This document shows, piece after piece, positions 1-13,751 of a stretch of 55,386 bases of DNA; position 1 is the first letter of the stretch, and the number at the start of each line of letters is the position of its first letter. The stretch comes from Catajapyx aquilonaris (Eukaryota), in assembly GCA_000934665.2 (NCBI GenBank), contig KZ538615.1, positions 62,001 through 117,386 of the forward strand, in the 5' to 3' direction. The notes below the pieces were generated by a model. That model saw nothing but the letters and a program-made list of their open reading frames with translations. It had not been told where the DNA came from and did not search any database. The position numbers and the translations under genes are program-made.

Positions 1-1397
1 CTTGAACCTTGCTATATCTCCAGAACTCCCAAGGGGCATACCGCCATGCAATAAAAGTTGCCGCCAGACCACAGGAAACCCATGTCAATAACCAAAATCA
101 GTCCAATCAGTCCCCAATAGCCTCGCGCTATAATTAAGTGCCTAACGAGTTGGTTAGGAAGCGATGTGGCAAATAAGGCACGTCTCTGATGTCGGCGACA
201 AAAATTAAGGGGCTTCTTCGGAGCTCTATTCAGATGAAGGTCGAGTGGAGGGCAATACGGCCTCTAGCATCAGGGTTCTCCATTCAAATAAATGGGAGCG
301 TTTTCTAGCACAAACTAATTTGGCGCAAACTTTACTGGATTGCAAGGGACGTGGGCGGAAAAGTGCAAACAAATGCGGGTAGATTGCTTCTTTGCCGCTT
401 TCTTTTTACCTCCCCATGTTATTGCGTTCAGAATCGAGTCTAATTTTGGCTATAAGCCATCCAATCCCGGGTTTATCACGTCAAAGCTTTCTTTCCTCGC
501 CTGAAAAACATGATGAAGCGAATAAAAATGTCGGTGTATATGGTGCACTTTTGGTGTCAATATCCTTCATAACGCATTGTTGTTATGGCAGGCTATATCG
601 CTATGATTATGATAATCTTACCCAAGCCTGTGCTGCACAATTTTTTATCAAAATAAGAAACTACACATTGATTAATGGCACTAACTTGCCAGTTGACTAT
701 TCCAGGCTATTCCCGCCAAAATGCAAATAACCAAACGAAGTACTGAACATTTTTTTTACCGGGCCATTAGCGTTCCTGCACATGATATCTGAAGGCATGC
801 CTGACAAACTTAATTTCTTGTCATGCGTGTGGTTTTGGATTGGTCCCAACAATAGCCCTCAATGTTATAAGTACTCGTTAATTTTTAATGCGCTCTTAGT
901 ACTGACGCAGGGCACCATTGCATTGTTCTGAGGTTTATTAAGGGATACAGTAATTATTCCCAATGTGGTGAGTCATGAGGAGAGGTAAAAATGCTGTTAT
1001 TCCAAGTTCTGGCCTCAATAACAACATTAGCCATGTATGACTATCTATTATGTATATAGTTGCACCCTTATTAATTAACAGGGGAGCGCGGCATTCCTGA
1101 TGACAATAATATGTTGTGAACTGTGGCCAGGACTTTCTACCTGCGTGATTATATCGGCTCATTGTAGTTTTAAAAAATCAAGTACTTGATGATTTACATG
1201 TCATTTCATACCAATTTCTTCCTGAAGCACAGTGTCTATAGATGTAGAGCTGGTACATTACATAGCACTTCATGAATGCCCCGAATGAGTTAACAGCTAA
1301 TTGTACAGATCGTTGCAACAACAAACACCAGTAATTGACAAGACCTAGTTCGTTGAGAGCGGAATATCGCAGCGCAACCGCTATTCAGTGGCTGCAG

Positions 1398-1529
1398 TGT
1401 CAGAACTGCCGTTCTCTGATGTTCCTGACAGAGACCATCACCCTAGGGACTATTCAGCAGCGCTGTCATAAAGGAAAAGTCACATTGTCTCCATCACTAG
1501 ACGTCCCCAGGATTTTCTCAGGAATGTTC
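1398..1529 (+). mobile_element. Decayed Helitron Rep/helicase (RepHel) N-terminal Cys-rich fragment
   Basis: Within ORF 1335..1751, CQNCRSLMFLTE-x9-RCHKGKVTLSPSLDVPRIFSGMF resembles the C-x2-C..F..E...CC..GKV.LP...P motif that precedes the Rep domain of animal Helitrons (first Cys of CC replaced by Arg). No Rep or Pif1-helicase motifs were found downstream. A possible degenerate 3' end (CTTGC..GCAAG hairpin then TACAGCTG) lies at 2276-2306. Confidence 0.6.
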
Positions 1530-4500
1530 AACAGCGAAAACAAGCAGGCTTTTTATTGTGCCAGCTCACGCTGTAGGATTCCGCTTACAACCTGGCAATT
1601 TCTCGAAACGAATAAGCACCTTGGACTGATCTCTGATTATGTGAAGCTACTATCAATATTACCACTGCAATCTCTGCCGCAGACCAATGTTCCCAATTCT
1701 GATATTCCCACGGACAGTATCTGTCTGGTTTTAGTTGAGAAGCGTAACTGACATTACTAGTACTGTAAGGAGAATGGATTGGGACAAAGTGTCCACGTAT
1801 TGTCGAGTCATATTTCCAACAACGCAAGGTTCCAAAAATTAAGGCTCATTTCCCGAAGACCCATACATTTGTCCTGGCTGATGTTCGTCTGTGAAACTGC
1901 AAAAACCAAACACTTTTATTCATAAACTCACGCCAGCAGTCCTATGCTAAAATATTATGTGTAAAGTACTGCAGCTGCAGGGATATACTGAACTGCAGTG
2001 CTTCAAGCCCCCCCCCCCCCTCCCTCCTCCACACCAACATCGTTAATGCCTCGACATTAACGATCACAGAAATAATTAATCGGATGCCAGAATATGACAA
2101 ACAAGGTCCTCGACTCAGTAATGATGGAACACTGAATAATGCTGATGACGATAGTGATTGATTCAGCCAAGGGGGAAGGATGTAGCTGTGATGTTGTGCT
2201 CGGAAATTAGAGTGAGTCGTCCAAGTTCCTGGGGCCATCAAGAGGAACCCTCCATTGACCTAACTAACCGCGCCGCTTGCCTAACGAAGCGCGCAAGTAC
2301 AGCTGCTGACGCTGTTTGTTGCCATCGCCGTCATGCCAGAGTATACTGCATGGATCTGCATTTTTCTTATTAACGGAGGGGCCAGGCCAATCTAGGACGC
2401 ATGGATGAAGAATTGCCTCCCAAACGGCGCCATGTTTTATGGTGCAAATCCATATTATCCGACCAGCGGGAGCTTGAGCTGGGCTTAACATCGACAAGGC
2501 AACATGGGGAGTAGAGACTACCTCCGGGCATACAAACATGCCGCACTCGACTTCTTTACGGCTAATAACACCCCCGCCATAAACATGCCGCTAGCAATCA
2601 TATCTGACGTCAACAGATTACTGACACGGTTGACGTACGTGTCCCGTGAGCATTGCAAGACACCTGACCGACATTCGGAGCAAATCCCACTCGCAGCTGA
2701 ATTTGGCCATTGACGTATCAGGGAATTCACAGGGTAATGCGGCTTGACTCTCCATATAGCGGTTTCACCTGCTGCTAAAAGGACGATACTTTCCCCCGAA
2801 TAGGACACCCGCTGATGCGAGATTGTGTCAGTTATGGATTAATATATTCACTGAGTAAACCACCTGTGCTTGATGGACCACCCACCACCACTTCAAGTGG
2901 TTGTGGGAAATAGCGTTAGCAGCTGTTCATACCTCCACGAAGAGTCCCTTACGACATGGCACTTCTCCCATCTTTTGCGAGTTGATGTTTTTTCGGTGGG
3001 GGAAATGCAATGATATAGATGAAGGACATGCGAATACGGTTGGTGCTCAAATATATTCATTAAGTATAATTAGCATATATTGAACTCTAGCCTACAGTCC
3101 TTCACGGAAGCTTTCCTCTAGAAGAAAACCTGTTCAGAGGAAAGCAAAAACATGAGAGAATTCTACTTTTTCACGCCTGCAATTCACGGAAATACTGCCA
3201 ACTGAATAGCATTCGGGAAGCCCATTGAATCGTAGAGATGGATAACGGCCAAGATTGGCATCTTCAAGGGTACGACTTCTACACAATAGGAATTCAGCAA
3301 TAGGTCGTGGATGGTACTGATTTGCAGAGAGTGAAACCCCACTCCTCCCCATTTGGGACACAATCTCGACAGCACTACTTGTCAATGCGGCTTTACCTTA
3401 AGACTGATTACTACTTTAAAACGCCGCGGTTCCTCCCATCACTATAGAGAGGCCAGCAATCAAAAATGGTCATGAAAGTTTTTCGCATACCTAAACAATT
3501 TTATGTGTTTGTAATAATTTAACTGCCATCGTAGAAATCGCTCGCTGCAATAACCTAAAGCCCATTCTTTTTTATGTGTCGCTCGAAGCAAATCCTCCGA
3601 GAGAAAACGACTGTCATGCTGACGCCAGTGATGAAATGACGTTTTCCTGTACATGCTATAATCGTCCTGACAAATTGATGGCGGAAGCAATATACACCAG
3701 CCATGCATCTTGTCGCCTCTGAAAGTCGAACTTCCTACGGATTTCTCCTTGGAAACATCCCTAAAGCAGCAGCTCCGGAAACCTCATTAGCTCAAAATTC
3801 TGCTCCGGTAAACTCACTCGCATAAGGGAGCTTTTGCACAGCACCCCGTTCCTTCTATCGCGAATCACAAGATTTCGTTTGAATTTTCTCGCCTCTTTCA
3901 TATCCCGCTTTATCTATGAACACACAAAAGGACTATCTGCCAAAACCAATGGAACGATCAGGCCTCGTCCAAGGTAAAAGTCTATGAAAATAGTCAAGCA
4001 TGCTGATGGCTGTATACATATAGTTACCGGATATGTCAAGGCGAATCTTCTCGCAGATAACTTAGTACGAATGGCCTCGAAATACTGTATAATAAATTCC
4101 CGCCACATCTCAATTCTTTTTCCTACTTAAAACTCAGAGGCTGCCTCATTACACATGTGTAGGATTCAGTCACACATTCGACACCTGCCGGCAAAACTAG
4201 GTCAAACTCTGCCATATACACCCAGATATTCCCGCTTTTGAAAGAAGCATGTCACGAACCCTATGCCTTTCCCCCCATATTTGTTCAATAATTTTGAGAC
4301 AAATCGAATCTGACCCAGTCTGCCTCCACATGAACCCTTCTTATAAACTTTAAAAATGTGGCCCCACAAAAACTTCGAATTGTATTCCTATAATACCGTA
4401 TAATTGGCCTGTGGATGTGAAGAAAATCGATCAATGCACTGTAATGCATGTAGGTCACTCCCCAGTCTCCACATTTCATTTCCTCCCACCTCCCACCCCA

Positions 4501-4807
4501 CACTCCCCCAGGATAATTGGGTTTGCGGCTGGAATTTTCAAGCCAGGTCCGACAGGTGATGGTCGGAAATGTGACGTCTCCCACACCTATATGCATTAGC
4601 GTACATGCGCCAGCAATGTACGGCCTTCTGGCATGCAGATTGGCGACCTGCACCATTTTTTCAATACCTCCGGGGGTCTCCCGAACTGTTATGAAATGTG
4701 GTTAGCAAAGAAGATGGTGCAGCCGGTGGCACATCTTCCTTTTTGAAATGGCGTCATCTTGCCAGCTCTGCCGGCGAACGAGGTCGCTCAATATCCATGC
4801 GGAATGG

Positions 4808-4844
4808 AGGGGGGGGGGGGGGGGGNGGGGGGGGGGGGGGGGGG
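4808..4844. repeat. Poly-G tract containing an N (low-quality base)
   Basis: G homopolymer of more than 30 nt with a single N. Confidence 0.9.
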
Positions 4845-7800
4845 TAGGTGGGGGAGGCGGCGACTCTGCACCACAATAGCATCCGTCGGAAATGTGCCTC
4901 GCACGGTGACGTCACCGGCCGAAATGACTCTCGACCTTTTACTACCTAGCATTCATCAAAGAGCGGCTTCGCAGACTGACCGGGTCAAGAGTCATCCAAG
5001 GGCGGCTTTTCAACGGCCGAGCTCCAACTGACAATCCGCAATGACCTACTCCCCATTAAAATGCGAGACACTCAAAAATTATCAAAGGCCAAAATTCAAG
5101 ACAAGTATGCAACAATCTGTATTCCTCATGTATCAAACTAGCAGCCAAAATTCTTAACCCATTTCGCAAGGACTCAACTGGGATTAATACAAGCACCCTC
5201 ACAGCTACTGTGTGAAGTACGCCTTTCAAGAACGACCTAATCGACAATCGCAATGGCTCCTTGACCTATTCGGCACAGGAAAAGAACTCTCCTCTTCAAT
5301 TACTCCGTTCCGTCTTTTCCTTTCTTTGCCCCTTCCACCGGTAACTCGGTTCCTTCCCTTTGAGATGGGTTGCGGGGAGATGGCCTTTAGGGAATTGACT
5401 ATACCTCCCCACATATATCGACCCATGACCTATTATCCAATGGACGAACAAAAAATAAAAGAAGGTTGGGGGAGGTTGGGGGGTCGACCTTGGAGACCCA
5501 AGAGGCGAAAGATCTGATCGTTATTGCCCGCATAAAACCTCTGGCTAGACCTCTACCTACTGTCACCCGTACAACCCTTCAGCTGCCGTGAGCCAGACAG
5601 CAATACTGTAGGGAACGACAAAAGATTACTCGACCCAACACACCGTGACGGCTCCCGGAATGACAGATGTGGAGCTGCAACCCACACTGCACCATTCCCA
5701 AAATCATTTTTCCCCGGGCCATCGCCTATAGATGTTCCAAAATATTGCCTGGTATTTCACCGATAAAAAAAATCTAGGAATATCGGGCAGGTAGAAAAGT
5801 TGGGTGTTTATGTTTACCCCCGTACTGAACCGTGCAGGTACCCACATTCGTGTCTAGGGGGTATGTGACCGGGCATGACGATTTAATGATCATGATTTCA
5901 TTCATAGCGGCGAAGATCGATTGGTGAAAGTCACACGTGCCGACCACTTGGCCCTAGGCGAAACCATTCCCACTACACACACTACGCTTAATACCACAAA
6001 AAAGTCACGTGACCACACTCACCGACAGAAACCGTATAGCTGGGGGTGCTGCTTACTGGCCAAGCTGTCCTAGGACACCAGTCCACTGTACAACTCCACC
6101 TGTGCCAAGACAAACACACAATGCTTTAGTACCCTTCAAACACCAGCCAAATGCCAATAGTTTGCACGTACATTACATCACGTGGCAAATCGATTCCGGC
6201 TATACCGTACCTGATGTGGACAGGCATATACCTTTACATAATGAGCACGCACCATTAATAGAGCTACCTACGCTAATTATGACTATTAGATGCCGGCTGA
6301 CATTTGTTCAAATAATACCATTTAAATGACCTATGCCACAATGCTATGCCATAAATTACTGCAAAACCTCAAAATTAATCCGATCAATTGTAGCTTGGGG
6401 GAGTGGCTTATTTTCATATACCACGCGACATATGCACGCACACGCAAATTCTATACACAAAAAGATGAGCACAAAAACTGCTCCGGCATTCAATATGTTC
6501 AATATTGGCTCCCCCCCCAAAAACTAGCCGAACCGTCAGTCCCACTCAACGGATTACGTGTAACCAGACTTCAATAGGTTTTCATCCCGTCCCAAGGCTG
6601 TAACAGTCAACCAACAAAACTTCCACTTCTCTCATGAACCCGAGCTTTCTCCACCCTAATGTCGCTAAAAGCTAAATGGACTTTTCCTCCCCAACAACAA
6701 GCCAAAACTTACACAGAACTGGACCCAAACTTGAAGGGCAACACGAGTCCTTGCGTCAATGGCCCACTACAGCAAACAATGCCTGCTGGATCAAATTATT
6801 CTCAGTCAGGAATTATGTCGCAACAGAATCAACCTGACGCAAACGCCTGCCAAGCGATTTTGCAATCGTTCTTACATCCTTGACATCTCATTCGGAAATC
6901 AGGTGCTTACTACCTGATACTGGGACTAACCCCCCCCCCCCCCCCCTTTTTTTTAAAGGACCCAGCCACCATGAATAAAGCAGGCGCACCTATTTATTTG
7001 TCAATTATTACCATCAAATCTGTCGGTATTTTTCAAGATGATGTACACTCCAATGCACTTTCCACCTCTCCAGCTACCGGTATCCCACCTCTCAGGAAAT
7101 CAAAATCAATGGATCGCGTGCTGGAAAAAATCCTCGTTCTATACGCAACAGCGCACAGAAGCACGTAAAAAGGTCCTTTTATCCTGCATTCTCCAATCAC
7201 AATCTAGAGAGAAGCAGCTGTTGAACGGCATGAAGAGGCAGTTTGGGTGGAAGCCATAATATCTGGGCTCATCGGCATGAATCGATAGCCTTGTAACTGT
7301 CGTTAATGATCTCCAACTAGCAGCCTCTATCAATTTCCCCCTTTGTATGGGACACGGAAGCCACCCACACGGTATCCCATCCTTTATATTGCCAACACCG
7401 GCCGGGGTCCTCTACATCAACGTGAACAAACTCCACCGATCAAATTCAACTGACGCGGCAATTAGTAAAAATGATGGAATGATTGGTCAACCGGACGTAT
7501 GGCATGTTTTGCACTCCCCATAATTCAGCCCATTTAAGAACCGATTTGTCCGGTCCTCTGGAGCTTCAGAGGAATTTTTCCAAGCCATCAGCTTCTATCT
7601 GAACTCAAGTCTCATCACGTGCCACTGCCTTGCAGACAGATGCAATTTTTCACCATAACCAGCAAAGTCATCACTACTTTTTTTTTCTTATAGTGTACGA
7701 TGTATCCTCGTAGATGGAAATACGATTCCCAGATCATTTTACATGGTGTCAGTCATTCCGGATTTTCTCGTGAGTTACTTCGCAGTCCACTTGTATCGAC

Positions 7801-10800
7801 TTGTTCAAGGGAAGACACAGGCCGAGCATACCCAGTTGTAAGGATGGTGGAGTAGGTGCAGAGAAGCACAAAAGGATTAAGTGTCAGAATGGGCCATGTA
7901 AATTGGGCTGATTCGATTCCCACCGCTGAAATGGGTCACGTAGGCTTTAGTGCTCCATAACTCAAGACTCCCATCCCGTCCCATCCCCCTCGTCCACCCT
8001 TTGCCTCGCTTTTTACGTCAGCGAATAGTTTGTTTCGCGATGGGACAGGAAATGGACTATCAGTGGCTCATCAAACAAACTAACATTGAATCCAAGCTGC
8101 CAAGGAAGTGTCTGCGGCACGGCGGGACGCATGCTTTGCCCGATGGCCACCATCATCCCACACACACTCAGCCTACAGTAGTCCACCACCATACCTAACG
8201 TAACATTGCCCCCATACCTTCTAAGGAGCATGTGCCTGCATGGAATCTGCAATCGCATTGCATTAATGTCACTGGTCTTTGCACCGTCTTAGGTCACTTG
8301 GAGGTCACGCACCTCTTGCCTATTCCTCCACCACCACTCGAATTGTCCTGGGATCTCCCCCTTATAACACTTTGTTTCCTTAAGTACACGTTCCAGTGTG
8401 GAGTCACAGTCACCGGTACCTCGTTGGCATTGCACAAATTCATTTGTGCTTCATGCTTGTGCACGGGCATCATTCTCTACCCATTGTTTCGACAGGCCAA
8501 GTCCTGAGTAGGGCCAAGGACGACAGGCCTTAGTCTGTGCAACACCATGCTATGTTACGTGTTCTCGTCCTAATCAAGACTGAATTAAGCGCCGGCCGAG
8601 TAATGCTCTTATCCGCCCAGTGACGGTGACAATACACTTGGGACTCTCATTAGAAGTCTGAGGCAAAATTCCTTTCGGTCTCAACTGCAGCTGCGTTCTA
8701 CTTGCAAATGAAATCGGCGATAGGTGGATTATTAGAATCGGCCATGTATAACTGACAGTCCAAATGAGTCGATTAGGATAAATCCTACGCAGCGAGACAT
8801 CCCTGTCAGTTCTGAAAATGTTCAACTGAGATTTTCTTGCGCCAACTTGTTCATTATGAAACTTATATCCAAAAGTTACTAAATGCTGGGTGAATCTGGC
8901 GGGGAGAAATACCGAATTCAGTTCTACGTCCAACCTACAGTATATTCAAATGAAACTTCAAGAAATTCAGATTTGTAAGCTTGCATCAAGCCTCGTAAAA
9001 ACAAAATTGTAATCATGCTGACATAATGAGGTCATTTTATAAGTCAGTGTTTTAATACGTCTTCGAAGCTGAGAACAGATAGATCGACATTGTACGGGAA
9101 TGAACAGCCCTATAAAAATAACCTTGAATCATATCTGCAATTAACAAACTAATATAGGGCCTCATTTCAAAAGTTATGCGAAGTTGTATCATACAGATAA
9201 CTCCAGAAAGGTTCAATATCGGTTTGATCTTGATACAGGTAGCATGGAATTACCAAGCGCCTTCGCCCCAAGCTTTTTTATATTCAGTTGTTGTTATTAC
9301 TAGCTACAAGTCATAACAAATACTGTACAATAATCACAAGTGTTAACAGTTTGGAGTCATTCACCGAATCCCTTTCACCGCACGTGCGCCAGCTACACTC
9401 GTGATAATGCAGACAAACAAAATGATGTGCCGCTATTGCAAAACCTCCACGTATCGATATATAAGCTCGGAAGAGAAACAAATTCCGAAATGCTACAAGC
9501 GATTTTGCTTCTCGCAAACCAACGAAAGGCAGAACAAACAGGCCTTCATATCTTGCCTCGAGCTTCTATACCTTTTGATGGCCGGTTGTATAAAACTGAG
9601 CAAACAAGATATCGCAATTATAACCGTGATAACACAGCAAATAGTACCGCAGCAAAAAAAATCCAATTTAGCAACCTGTACTCCCGCCACACTACTCTCA
9701 TTTGCGTATAGCATAACCCATCCAATCCATACCGACCACACCATGTGATTGTGGTTAGTTGGCTGTATTTGACCAGTGAGCAAAAATGTCAATCCAGAAT
9801 CCAACGCATGTTATGCAGACAGGGAGGGATTCTTTACTGAAGCGCACATCTCCCTGTGTTTCCTCTCCTGCATATAGCCCCTATTCTAAGGCCTACTCTT
9901 TTCAACAGGGCGTGGTCGGCTATGTAAATGTAGTAAACAGTTTCGCGACTTCCCGGCACTCCAATTGTACCCACACCCACTATTGACCGTAGTAATTCGG
10001 TTTCTCAACAATACATTCGCCTTTTCCTGCTCAAGTCGCATGTCTCTCGTGCACACCATCAAGTCATCATGCGAAAGTAACTGGCATAATAATAACAATT
10101 TCACTCGTCGGTTAGCTCCAACTTTACATCCTCAACCCGGTATTACCAATGCAGAATGCAGGGAGGACATCAAATTCCACACTCTCTGTAAATGAACATG
10201 TACAATGTCTCCGGTACTCTGTCCCATAAATTGAAGGTCCTCAAATCAGTTTGCAAAGCAGCATTATATAACGACTGATATATTATTGGAATATTACAGC
10301 AGTGCTCTATACGCCAATAAAATGAAGAACTCGAATGTGAGCAACCCTGAAGACTAAACGTAATTCTCGTCACACAACTACAGGAAAATATTGCTTCATA
10401 TTGACTCCCTCTATTTTTACTGATATGGTCAAGGCCACTTGTCACATAACAACAATAAAAAATACAGAAAAAAACAGAACATCAGCGAGGAAATGAAGAG
10501 TGGAGGAATTGAGATGAATCCCTCCAATGGCTCTCATTTTGGTCGGTCACATATGTCGCCAAACCACTCAAATTACCAGAACGGATGGGTCATAATATTC
10601 GGTAGCAGCTTTGACGCTCAGGAAAATTAGCTGTGGAACTTAGGGCTTCCATAAAAATTAAAATTAATGTACTCAGTTGACGAGATCACTTGATTCACTC
10701 TCCTTGCTGCACCGAAACCTCTCATACTTAGCTCCAGTGCACGGTTACGAAACAACCATTTATTTTCATTTGTTTCTACTCTTTATATGGTTCAAGGCAG

Positions 10801-13458
10801 CCGTAGTTTCCGCTTAATTCTAAAAGCTTACACGTTCCACGCTATTAATCCAGGAGTATTAATTTCTCCATGCACAGTCAACCACAGGCTCGTATACACT
10901 GCTGACTCTAAATACCTCACATTAATTTATTCAGTCGGACTAGATTGGAAAGATTGAGATTCTCTCCAGAATAAGCGTCCCTTCAAAACACTACAAAGCT
11001 TTGATCAATTTCAAGACCGCATATTGCCAGAGTACATGAGCTTTTTTTGCTGAAGATAATCTAATTTAAAAACTGGTCCTGCAGATTATTATACAGTGTA
11101 GCTAGCCTATTACAGTATCGAGTGTCCCCTATTGGGAATCAACACCAGCCGTTACCTCAATTACTACGAAATGACCCTGGAGGCAAAAATCATTACACCA
11201 TGCTTTCTACAACTTATTGGTCTAATTTTAACCGGCCCTCTATGGAAATCAATTCTACCCACTATGGTCATGTAATTAAGAGGAAAGGAAGACCATAAAG
11301 CCCCTGCAGCGGGATCAATCATTCTGCTGCAAAGTTGAAACAAGCCTGTAATCAGTGTGGGTGTCAGATTTGATAAGGACCCTCACGGGAGGGAACAAAA
11401 CCATTTCCACTCCAACTTCCACCAATAACAATGGACTGCACAAGCTTGCTACAAGTACATGCTATTTCACGTCATGTGATTCAAGTGTCCTCAGCAAGTA
11501 ACACAATACTCGATGCAATCGTTGTGCACAAAATTGGGAGAAAAATAATCTCAACTGTCATAGAATTTTACAGTAGTCAATCTAGTGGTCAGTTTGACCT
11601 ACATTTTCCTACGCTGGTTTTGTGACTCGAGACCATAATTATTACCTTAGTACGGCAGTTTCAGGTCATAATAACAATACAGAGAGTTTGGGGATCCTAT
11701 CGTCGTTGCTCTTTATGTTTGGCATATTACGGGCCATATGTATGGTTAGGAAGAGATGTTGAAGTGGGCTTGCCAGGGAACAATGTGGTGATTGAGAGGG
11801 GGATAGAGGTTGTGACCCACCGTGCCACATCATCCAAAAATTGGCATGCAAAGGGGCTTAAGGTTAATCCACCCTGTTGCAGCTCTGTCCTACACTCTGA
11901 ATGCAAATTTCAGTGCAGAATTTTGGCCCACTTTTTTAAACTGGAGAAATTCAGTGTTATTGTTATAGGGTAAGCAGTTACAGAATTGTGATTTCTTAAT
12001 TTTCCCTTCATAATGTTACAAACTACACATTGTACATTAGAATAATTAATGTCCCATTTTCATCTATAAATATGTATCAATAGAGATGCAAGTATTCTGT
12101 ACTTACAAATAACTAGTGTGTGAAGTTCCTGGATACACCTTGTGGTGTTCCATTACATTTTTGTTTTTGCCACATTGTGACTGACATAACAGGTATTAAA
12201 ATTAATCAACTTCATCTATACAGCTGTAATTACACAATACACTCACTAACAGAAGCTAACGAATCTAGCATGCATTACATGTTATACTCCCTTGGCCAGT
12301 GTGCAGCCAGGCAGGATTTAAAAGCTCACGGCAGCTTGTGGAAAGGCTTATAAATGCAATTGCTACCAGCATCATATGGAGTTGCAGAAGCTTCAAATGG
12401 ATTGCTTTAGGCTGAGTATTATATCCACTTGCAAACTTTCCACAGCCTTAACGTAAACTTTGCCAACGCCAGTGGCAGTCATATGCTAAAAGGCCTCCGT
12501 AACAAACTCTGAAATAGGCCACAAAATTTTACTACCTTCTCGAAATTAATCTATACCACAAACTAAAAAATGGAATGCGAAAATTAAGGCAAGAGAAAGG
12601 GATTGTAGTTATATTTGCTTTGTTTTTCCTTAGAATGGCATTTCATGCTCAATTGTGATGTGGCCAGAAGGCTTCCAGTACCTTACTTTTCCTGATCATG
12701 TTATCCATGGCCAATCTATTTATAATGTAATAAACACTGTAAAAGTCACACTCAAACAACCAGACACCCCCTGCAGGTCTGCACAAATTCAGATGCCTTA
12801 CTTGAGAAAAAATATTTGCCATGGCTCATGCCACTTCATTTGAAAAGATTAAGCAAACTATGAGGTGTTATACGGTACTTGTACTGCTATCTTGCTCTCT
12901 ATATAGCAGCATGCCGAAAGCAAGGTTAATACCTTACTGTGATAAGCACATTTATCCCTTCTTTACAGCCACATTATAAATTCCACCAGCCGTAGTGACA
13001 ATAAGAATGCTGCAATAGCAGTTACCCTGTAGATGATTATATCACTTGCCTTAACCAGCAAATGACGTAACCACCTCTTTGCACCATCCTGTAAGTAGCC
13101 TGGCAATAAACACCCAAGACTTGAGCTGTACTTCTGCGCCCAGTGCTAATAAGATTATTACCTAAGAGCCATGAAAGTCAAGTTGTGGATTTGCATGATG
13201 AAGAGCCTTTATGCTTACAGGCAATGCACCATCATCACTGGTGCATTAAATGGTGCAGTATTAAGGTCATGGTTCATTCCAACACTGATATTTTACATAA
13301 TATATTAGGATCATATCTAATCCATGTGACTGCTCTGAAATAAAACATACCCTACACCAAGCTTTAAAAGAATACCTAATCTGATTTCACACAGAATGTG
13401 TATCTTTCACATGGTGAATTGTACCCTCCTACCATCGCAGTAATAATAACAGAATGTT

Positions 13459-13751
13459 GTGACCGAAGCAGTTTGGTGGAGTGGCTATAGGGTCCGACTG
13501 CTAATCGGGAGGTCCTGGGTTCGAGCCCCGGGGCCGGCAACTCTAACCGTGGGTTTCTGTGGTTTCCCACGGTCTCCCCAGGAGAATTCCGGGGTTGCTT
13601 CCTAATTAAAAAGGCCACAGCCGCCTCCTTCCTTCCCTATTCTATCCCAAAAAGCAAAAAGTAAAACATGTAAGCAAGAGTTCCAGACAAAACAAAAATC
13701 CCCCCTAAAGAGCCAAAAAAGGCTGATAACGGGGTAAGATATTATTATTAT
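13459..13751 (+). mobile_element. tRNA-derived SINE, family A, copy 1
   Basis: Pol III A-box (TGGTGGAGTGG), B-box (GGTTCGAGCCC) and (ATT)n tail. Perfect 15-bp TSD TAATAACAGAATGTT at 13444-13458 and 13752-13766. A second diverged copy lies at 53642-53932 on the minus strand. Confidence 0.92.

Noticed and set aside
740..930. Peptide FLSCVWFWIGPNNSPQCYKYSLIFN vaguely like the Sina/Siah substrate-binding domain
   Set aside because: No RING or zinc-finger motifs upstream; the similarity is too short and subjective.
12440..12485. Minus-strand TATGVGKV as a Walker A motif
   Set aside because: Lacks GK(T/S) and has no Walker B in frame.
13459..13540. tRNA gene
   Set aside because: The tRNA-like head continues into a SINE body with tail and TSD; the same applies at 46173 and 53932.
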